DNA of 64,000 nt from Nitrospinaceae bacterium (GTDB taxonomy: Bacteria; Nitrospinota; Nitrospinia; Nitrospinales; Nitrospinaceae): the NCBI GenBank assembly GCA_965237905.1, contig OZ250172.1, positions 64,001 through 128,000 on the forward strand, in the 5' to 3' direction. The translations under genes were made by a program, and so were the position numbers. The notes below the pieces were generated by a model. It did no database searches and was not told the DNA's origin. It worked only from the letters and a program-made list of their open reading frames with translations. The stretch's first letter is position 1. Each line of letters opens with the position of its first letter. Of this stretch, positions 57,708 through 64,000 are shown one piece after another.

Positions 57708-58448
57708 TCAAACTTGCTTCATACCTGTATATAGAATAACGATGCCAAAGGTCAATTCCTTGTAAGTAACACTCGTGAATCCAGCCTGTTCCATCAAACT
57801 CGAAAACTGCTTTCGCACAGGGAACGAAGCCACCGTTTTCGGAAGATAGGTATAGGCGCTGGGATGCTTGGAGATCAGACGGCCGACCTTGGGTAACAAG
57901 AACTCAAAATAAAATCGATAGAGAGCATTTAAAATAGAATTTTTGGGTAGGGAAAATTCCAGAATCACGCATCGGCCTCCGGGTTTGAGGACCCTATGCA
58001 TTTCGCGCAAACTTCGACCCACATCGGAAAAATTGCGGACGCCAAAAGCGGTCGTCGTGCCATCAAAATAATTATCCTCAAAGGGCAGGCTTTCCGCAGA
58101 ACCACTTTCCAGCTGAATGGAATGGGCTCTGTCCTGCGAATCTATCTTTTGTTGAGCCAATTCCAGCATCTTCTCACTGAAATCCATTCCAACGACCTGA
58201 ACCCCCTTAGAGACATTTCGAGTGATTTCCAGGGCGACATCTGCGGTGCCGGTGGCTATATCCAAAAAGCGCTCCCCTGCTTGCGGGGACAACCGGGTCA
58301 CCGCCCGCTTCCTCCAGTATTGATCCTGACCGCAACTCAACAACCGGTTTAAAAGGTCGTAGCGGGGCGCGATATCACTGAACATTTTCTGCACCTGCCG
58401 ATTTAAGGTGGCAGGAGTTTCCATGGGCTCTATCATGGGATTATTCAT
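57708..58448 (-). CDS. ubiE: Demethylmenaquinone/ubiquinone methyltransferase UbiE/MenG
   Basis: Motifs YDLLNRLLS, LDIATGTAD, FGVRN, VLKPGG..LEFS and AYTYL. Confidence 0.95.
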   Translation of the reverse strand: MNNPMIEPMETPATLNRQVQKMFSDIAPRYDLLNRLLSCGQDQYWRKRAVTRLSPQAGERFLDIATGTADVALEITRNVSKGVQVVGMDFSEKMLELAQQKIDSQDRAHSIQLESGSAESLPFEDNYFDGTTTAFGVRNFSDVGRSLREMHRVLKPGGRCVILEFSLPKNSILNALYRFYFEFLLPKVGRLISKHPSAYTYLPKTVASFPVRKQFSSLMEQAGFTSVTYKELTFGIVILYTGMKQV

Positions 58449-58566
58449 TTCTCGAGATAAATGCTATTTTTGAGTGGCCTCAGGGTAGCAGAATTTGACT
58501 CCTGGGATGAATTTATTTAAAATTTTTCCGTCGTGGAATTCAATCCATTCTCTTGAGGATATTGTT

Positions 58567-59115
58567 ATGAAAAAGGTTCTGGTGGCACTGGCGCCGGGGT
58601 TTGAAGAAATTGAAACCATCACCGTAGTGGATATCCTGAGAAGGGCGGGGGCCAGAGTGGTTTTGGCCGCGACTGAAGAAGGGCTTATCGAGGGATCACG
58701 CGGGGTGTCTGTCCTTCCGGATACTTTGATTGATCAAGTCGATGACAAGGATTTCGATCTGGTGGTTTTACCAGGTGGCCAACCGGGAACCGCCAATCTT
58801 CAAAATAATAAAGCGGTAAAAGCTATCATTCAAAATATGTACCGATCCCACAAACAGATCGCCGCCATTTGCGCCGCCCCCACAATTCTCCACTCCGCAG
58901 GGATCTTGAAAAACACGGTTGCCACTTCCCATCCTTCCGTCAAGGACCAGTTGAAGGACATCGATTATTCCGAAGAGCGGGTGGTGGTCGACGGCAATAT
59001 AGTGACCAGCCGGAGCCCCGGCACGGCCCTCGAATTTGCCCTCAAATTAGTGGAAATTCTGTTTGGCAGGGACCGCATGGACACCGTGAACCAGGGGGTT
59101 ATGGCCCGCCTATAA
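58567..59115 (+). CDS. DJ-1/YajL/ThiJ family glyoxalase
   Basis: Motifs GFEEIE, LPGG and AAICAAP. Confidence 0.92.
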   Translation: MKKVLVALAPGFEEIETITVVDILRRAGARVVLAATEEGLIEGSRGVSVLPDTLIDQVDDKDFDLVVLPGGQPGTANLQNNKAVKAIIQNMYRSHKQIAAICAAPTILHSAGILKNTVATSHPSVKDQLKDIDYSEERVVVDGNIVTSRSPGTALEFALKLVEILFGRDRMDTVNQGVMARL

Positions 59116-59331
59116 TGGACTTCCTCAATTTATAATAGATAAATAATTGATTTATATAGATTTATTATATTAGAATACACATTGGGCTTGCCGGAATAGC
59201 TCTCGAAACTGTATATTTTGCACAAAATTTAAATCTTTTTGCTGTCAAATCCATCCCTATTAACCATAGAGGTCCAATCGGAAACGGTTGACCTGGTTTT
59301 GTTCAGTTTTCCTACTGAAGGAGGCTTGAGG

Positions 59332-59607
59332 ATGTATATTAATGTTTCCAGGAGTCAATCCTTGATAAATAAAAATCGTTTCGCCAAGAGTTCCCGGAGT
59401 TCGGCGAAAACGGAACCCGCCCCACGGTGCAACCATTGTGGAGGTTTGGTCCGGCCTTCCGGTGAGATCAGCAGTTGTATTATGTGCTCACGTATTTTCG
59501 GTCATCAGTGCGATAACTGTGCCTATAGCCAGCAAATCTCCGGAAACCATAAAACAAAAAGAGCAAAGAAAAGGGCGGGCCCTCTAGCGAGGAAGGCGAC
59601 TTGCTAA
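59332..59607 (+). CDS. Small Cys-rich putative zinc-binding protein
   Basis: AAGGAGG RBS, then CNHC, CIMC and HQCDNC. Confidence 0.6.
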   Translation: MYINVSRSQSLINKNRFAKSSRSSAKTEPAPRCNHCGGLVRPSGEISSCIMCSRIFGHQCDNCAYSQQISGNHKTKRAKKRAGPLARKATC

Positions 59608-59683
59608 CGGTAGACAGCAAACGATGACTACTGGGCGCAATTTAATAATGGGTCCAGCGTCACGCTGGTTTCCCGCTCTTTTT

Positions 59684-60567
59684 TTATGTCCGCAAGTTCC
59701 CCTCCAAAACCGTTATAGCTTGCCCACCCACTTGAATAGAATGAATTTTTTCTCCAGTTCTCCTGACGCTCACCTGAATGGTGGAGGGGCGATTCATCTC
59801 AAATCCCTGCTCAATGACAATCGCGGACGGGTCAAGGTTCTCAATAACCTTATGGTGAACCAGATAAGCCCCTAAAGCGCCGCCGGCACTTCCGGTGGCT
59901 GGATCTTCCGGGATTCCTATAAATAAAAGGGGCAAAAGCTCTGGCATGGACCGTCGAGCGAGACTCCAGAGTTTCGCTGGTAAATACATAAATCATATCC
60001 ACACTGCCCAAAATCTGCCTTAAAACCGTGAGATTCAATTCCACCCGCTGGAGTGCGTCCAAATTTGTCAATGGCACGTACAAAGCAGGAAACCCCGTGG
60101 AAACGATCTGGAGCGGGAAACGAGAATCAATTTCCCGTGGGTCAAGCGAGAGGGCTGCGGCCACCTGATCCACGGCTTTCACAGTATCTCCAAAGCTGGG
60201 AAGGGGCTTGCTCCATGAACAGAGTATTTTGCCTTCTGGAAACCTTGATCAGGCCGACACCTATTTCCAAGATCATGGAGTCGCTTGCGGAAGCAATTTT
60301 CCCTAATTCCCACAGGATATGTGCGGTTCCCAGGGTTGGATGACCGGCGAAAGGTATTTCCTTGCCGGGTGTGAATATTCTGATTCTAAAATCTGCCTCG
60401 GGATTTGAGGGAGGATATACAAAGGTGGTTTCCGACAGGTTCATTTCCCGGGCGATTTGCAGGTGAACCGCTTCCTCCATATTTCCGGGCTCCGGGAAGA
60501 CTGCCAGGGGATTACCCCCAAACATCCGATCCGTGAACACATCGACCTGGAAGAATTTTTGCCCCAT
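59684..60567 (-). pseudogene. PhzF family isomerase/epimerase, split by two frameshifts
   Basis: Three consecutive frames carry VDVFT..GGNP, EMNLSET, FAGHPTLG / STG / EDPATGSA, EQG..RPS. Shifts occur near 60208 and 59920-59927. Confidence 0.85.
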
Positions 60568-60676
60568 ACTCTCTTGGTTCCCATAACATATATTATGTCA
60601 ACTAACGCTAGAACTCGAATATGAAGAGTCAGGTCGAACAAACTTAGAAGTAACTTTAAGGAAGGACTTCTTCTAC

Positions 60677-61606
60677 TTACTTTAGAAGACTTTTTACAGC
60701 AGCTTGAATATGCTCAGCGGAGAGTCCGTATTTGGCGTAAAGTTCTTTTAGAGAGCCGGTTTCGGCAAACGTGTCTCTCACGCCAATACGTTTAACCGGA
60801 ACTTGAATATTATTATCGGCCAGAACTTCGAGGACCGCATCTCCCAAACCGCCGATAACATTATGGTCTTCAGCGGTCACCACGGCGCCGTTTTTCTTTG
60901 CCTGATCGATGATCAGCTGGCTGTCGATGGGTTTTATGGTGGAAATATTAACCAGCGTCGGATTAATGTTTTCGCCTTCAAGAAGCGTCATGGCCTCCAG
61001 GCTCTCCTGCACCATGCCGCCAGTCGCGAAAATAACCACATCCTGGCCCTGATTGACCACATTTCCCTTGCCGATCTGAAATTTGTAGGAACTGTCGTAG
61101 ATGCCCTTCACCTTGGGACGTCCCAGCCGCATATAAGCCGGTCCAAAATGATCCGCCAAGGCCCGCGTCGCCTGTACGGCTTCTTCATAGTCCGCCGGCT
61201 GAATGACCGTCATGTTGGGTATGGCCCGTGTATAAGCCAGATCGACGATCATCTGAGCCGTCGGTCCGTCTTCCCCCACAGCCAGGCCGGAATGAGTTCC
61301 CACCAGTTTGACGTTGGTATTGGAGTAAGCCACGCTGACCAGGGTCTGATCCATGGTCCGTCCCAGTAGAAAACAGGCGAAACTGGTCGCGAAAGCCACC
61401 TTGCCGGTAGTCGCTAATCCAGCGGCGGTACAAACCATATCCCCTTCGCTGATGCCCATATTGAAAAAGCGGTCCGGATATTTGTCGCCAAACTTCTTGC
61501 TCCGGGTACTGTCACTCACCCCGGCATCGAGTACGACAATTCTAGGGTCAGCGCCTATTTCCTCGAGGCAAGCCCCGTAGCCGTCTCTGGTGGCCCCGTC
61601 TTTCAT
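60677..61606 (-). CDS. tkt: Transketolase, C-terminal subunit
   Basis: Motifs ATRDGYG, FFNMGISE, GEDGPT, TIKPID and EDHNVIGGLG. Confidence 0.93.
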   Translation of the reverse strand: MKDGATRDGYGACLEEIGADPRIVVLDAGVSDSTRSKKFGDKYPDRFFNMGISEGDMVCTAAGLATTGKVAFATSFACFLLGRTMDQTLVSVAYSNTNVKLVGTHSGLAVGEDGPTAQMIVDLAYTRAIPNMTVIQPADYEEAVQATRALADHFGPAYMRLGRPKVKGIYDSSYKFQIGKGNVVNQGQDVVIFATGGMVQESLEAMTLLEGENINPTLVNISTIKPIDSQLIIDQAKKNGAVVTAEDHNVIGGLGDAVLEVLADNNIQVPVKRIGVRDTFAETGSLKELYAKYGLSAEHIQAAVKSLLK

Positions 61607-62436
61607 TCCAGCTCCTTCAGTGCTTTTTCGTAATCCTCATCCGAAGGCGCAACGCCATGCCAGCCGGTTTTGCCTTCCATAAAACTGACGCCCTTGCCCT
61701 TGATGGTGTCGGCAATGAGGACTCTCGGTTTCTTATCATCAAGCGGGAGAGTAAGTGCTTTGTACACCTGATCCATATCGTGCCCGTCGATGCGGTGAAC
61801 ATCCCATCCAAAGGACCGCCATTTATCTTCCAGCGGTTCGAGGTCCTTCAAGTCTTTGGTGATATTATCCTGAGCGACCTTGTTGAAATCGACAATAGCG
61901 ATCAGGTTGTTCGTATTGAATTTGGAAGCTGACATAGCCGCTTCCCAGACCTGCCCCTCCTGAAGCTCGCCGTCGCCCATAAGAACGTAAACCTTATAGT
62001 CGCTGTTTTCCAGACGGGCGCCCAAGGCAATTCCATGCGCCACGCTCAAGCCCTGCCCCAGACTGCCGGTGGCGATTTCCACCCCAGGTGTTTTAGGATG
62101 CGGATGGCCTGATAAATTCAGCTTGCTGCCAATTCTCCGATAAGAGACCAAATCCTCGTCTGCGAAATAACCGGCACGCGACAACACCGAATAAAACACG
62201 CCGGTCGCATGGCCTTTGCTCATGATAAACCGGTCGCGGTTAGGATCCTTCGGATTCTTGGGATCGTAACGCATGACGCCAAAATACAAGGCGGTCATGA
62301 TATCAGCCGCAGAAAGGCTGCCGCCCGGATGTCCCGACCCGGCGCGATGGATGATCTCGAGGCTTTTGCGCCGTATTTCCTTGGCGATTTGTCGTAATTC
62401 AGAAACTTGGGTTTCCACCGTTTGAGCGGTATTCAT
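61603..62436 (-). CDS. tkt: Transketolase, N-terminal subunit
   Basis: Motifs SGHPGGSLS, DRFIMSKGH, TGSLGQG, GDGELQEG and TIKGKG. Confidence 0.94.
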   Translation of the reverse strand: MNTAQTVETQVSELRQIAKEIRRKSLEIIHRAGSGHPGGSLSAADIMTALYFGVMRYDPKNPKDPNRDRFIMSKGHATGVFYSVLSRAGYFADEDLVSYRRIGSKLNLSGHPHPKTPGVEIATGSLGQGLSVAHGIALGARLENSDYKVYVLMGDGELQEGQVWEAAMSASKFNTNNLIAIVDFNKVAQDNITKDLKDLEPLEDKWRSFGWDVHRIDGHDMDQVYKALTLPLDDKKPRVLIADTIKGKGVSFMEGKTGWHGVAPSDEDYEKALKELE

Positions 62437-62563
62437 AAGTTTGATGGGTACTATTTAAAGGGTAAGAATGGCCTTAAGGCTTATTCTCGAAGGGGGATTT
62501 TAACAGCAATATTTCAGAAATCAAAGGAGAGAACGAAAAAAATTACGCGATGCGGCCTTTTGA

Positions 62564-63226
62564 TCAGGAAGGAACAGTGATCTTCTCGTTTATGGAGATC
62601 ACCTCGTTACATTTATCGAGGAGTTCGGAAAAATTAACCGGCTTTTTGAAAAACATATCTCCTCCTGCGGCGATAACAGCTTTTTCGCTGTACTGAAGGC
62701 TGGCGGAAATGACCAAAACAGTCATATTCTTGGTTCGGGGATTGTTTTTCAGGTTTTTACAAACCTCCAGTGCATTGAGGCCGGGAAGATTGATATCCAG
62801 AAGAATAATGGCCGGTTGAAAATGCGCGGCCTTCAGCCCTGCATCCAAGCCATCAAAAGCCACTTCAACCACATATTCGTTTTTCACAAAAAACTTCTTG
62901 AGTAGAGTGGCGAATTTCTTTTCATCATCCACGATCAATACTTTCTTGGTGGACTTGTCCTCGGCTTCCTTCTTGAGGATTTCCTTAATCATGGCTATCG
63001 TGTGCCCATTTTTCTGCAGAGAATAGACCTGTTTGCATCGTTCCTGCACCCAAGAAGGATAATAGCCCACGATCCCCTTCCCACCGGGATGAGCTTCCTT
63101 TACCGGGTCAGGAAAGAAGTCATACTTCTTCTGCCACAACCACAAGGTTTTTCGGGTAATCGGAACCACCTTTAAAATATCTGCGGCTGTCACTCGGTCT
63201 TCATTATGATTATTTTTATTATCCAT
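62564..63226 (-). CDS. MerR-like HTH + response regulator receiver protein
   Basis: N-terminal ITRKTLWLWQK..FFPDP HTH, then a C-terminal receiver domain (VLIVDDE, LLDINLP, FFKKP). Confidence 0.85.
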   Translation of the reverse strand: MDNKNNHNEDRVTAADILKVVPITRKTLWLWQKKYDFFPDPVKEAHPGGKGIVGYYPSWVQERCKQVYSLQKNGHTIAMIKEILKKEAEDKSTKKVLIVDDEKKFATLLKKFFVKNEYVVEVAFDGLDAGLKAAHFQPAIILLDINLPGLNALEVCKNLKNNPRTKNMTVLVISASLQYSEKAVIAAGGDMFFKKPVNFSELLDKCNEVISINEKITVPS

Positions 63227-63656
63227 GGGCTCTGAGATGAGACGATGCGATTCAGTAATTAAAAATTCAACCTTAATGCAGTAACCTCCCGGTTAAATTT
63301 TCATCCACAATCATTATATACAGTTAATGTAATCATAACAAGTACTTTTTTCTAAATTTTTTTAGTCTTTTCCAGCATTTAGTAGACCTTGGTTTTCAGT
63401 ATCTATGTGAATGGCAGAACCACAAGATTCTCACGTCGACAAGGCAATTTAAAAAATCGTCTTCATGAGGCTATGGTCATAACTACTTGATTCCTAATGG
63501 TTTGTTTTATTAACCTTTTAGAGCAATTCAGCCGAAAAATACAATGGGTCCTAAACCACTAATCTGGACTCAAGGGATAAATCGCCCTTCCCTTTCTGCA
63601 ACTCACTATAATATAATAGGTTTTATCGATACTAACTCCTTAATGAATGGTTCTCT

Positions 63657-64000
63657 ATGTTGATACGTCGTTGCGATGGCACCATCGGTTTCTTACTTTT
63701 TGCATTTTTTAGTCTGTTGATTTTTTTGCCCGTTAAGACTTTAGCCAAGGAGAGAAAACGTTACCTTGCCGAGTCTGCACCAAAACCATTAAAAAAGCCG
63801 GATAAAGGCGTAGTTACAGACCGGTTCTTGGATAACCAGATTAAAAAGATGTCGCCCTCTCAAGTTCGTCCTGGGGAAAGCACTCTTAAAAAATCTGCAC
63901 CGGGGAAACCGGATATTGTTCTAAGCAGTACTCTGGAGCTGTCTCTACGGGACGTTATAGCGAATACCCTTAAAAATAATGTCAGTATTGCGGTGCAGGA
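63657..64000 (+). CDS. Probable TolC-family outer membrane protein (3'-truncated)
   Basis: Open to the window edge. Signal-peptide-like N-terminus, then LELSLRDVIANTLKNNVSIAVQ, typical of the first OEP helix. Confidence 0.6.
   Translation, partial: MLIRRCDGTIGFLLFAFFSLLIFLPVKTLAKERKRYLAESAPKPLKKPDKGVVTDRFLDNQIKKMSPSQVRPGESTLKKSAPGKPDIVLSSTLELSLRDVIANTLKNNVSIAVQ

Noticed and set aside
59617..59690. GCAAACGATGAC resembling a tmRNA resume codon (ANDD...)
   Set aside because: The frame does not end in an ALAA-type tag and there are no tRNA-like ends.
63601..63610. ACTCACTATA matching part of the T7 promoter
   Set aside because: Only 10 nt match and the TAATACG part is absent. This is expected by chance.

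Overview
This is a 64 kb bacterial chromosomal segment, gene-dense and mostly housekeeping. I found no rRNA, CRISPR array, integrase, transposase or prophage. The gene repertoire is most consistent with a chemolithoautotroph such as a member of Nitrospinota, but this is an inference, not a database result. Energy and metabolism genes include an unusual Rieske / split cytochrome b6-type / octaheme cytochrome c complex III operon, metF, an atypical long pgk coupled to a sulfite-oxidase-family molybdoprotein, a mitochondrial-type aconitase, gpsA, rpiB-glyA-nrdR, ccsA/hemX-like-hemA-hemC, nadC, ubiE/menG and a split transketolase. Other genes are RNase E/G, an HmuY-like + FGE-family pair, ftsEX-envC-ctpA, tsaD, an oleD-like gene, larB and larC, tRNA-Met(CAT), tRNA-Gly(CCC), tatC/tatA, flgM, copZ, a degP-like protease, a DJ-1 family gene and a doubly frameshifted phzF-like gene. 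Several leucine-rich, pentapeptide and ankyrin repeat proteins are also present. The best leads for undescribed biology are: (1) a DUF1538-DUF1538-PII-like-CBS operon that looks like a nucleotide-regulated transporter of unknown substrate; (2) the octaheme bc complex with two small coupled accessory genes; (3) a promoter-bounded hairpin sRNA candidate between flgM and copZ; (4) a long, switch-like leader before rpiB-glyA.
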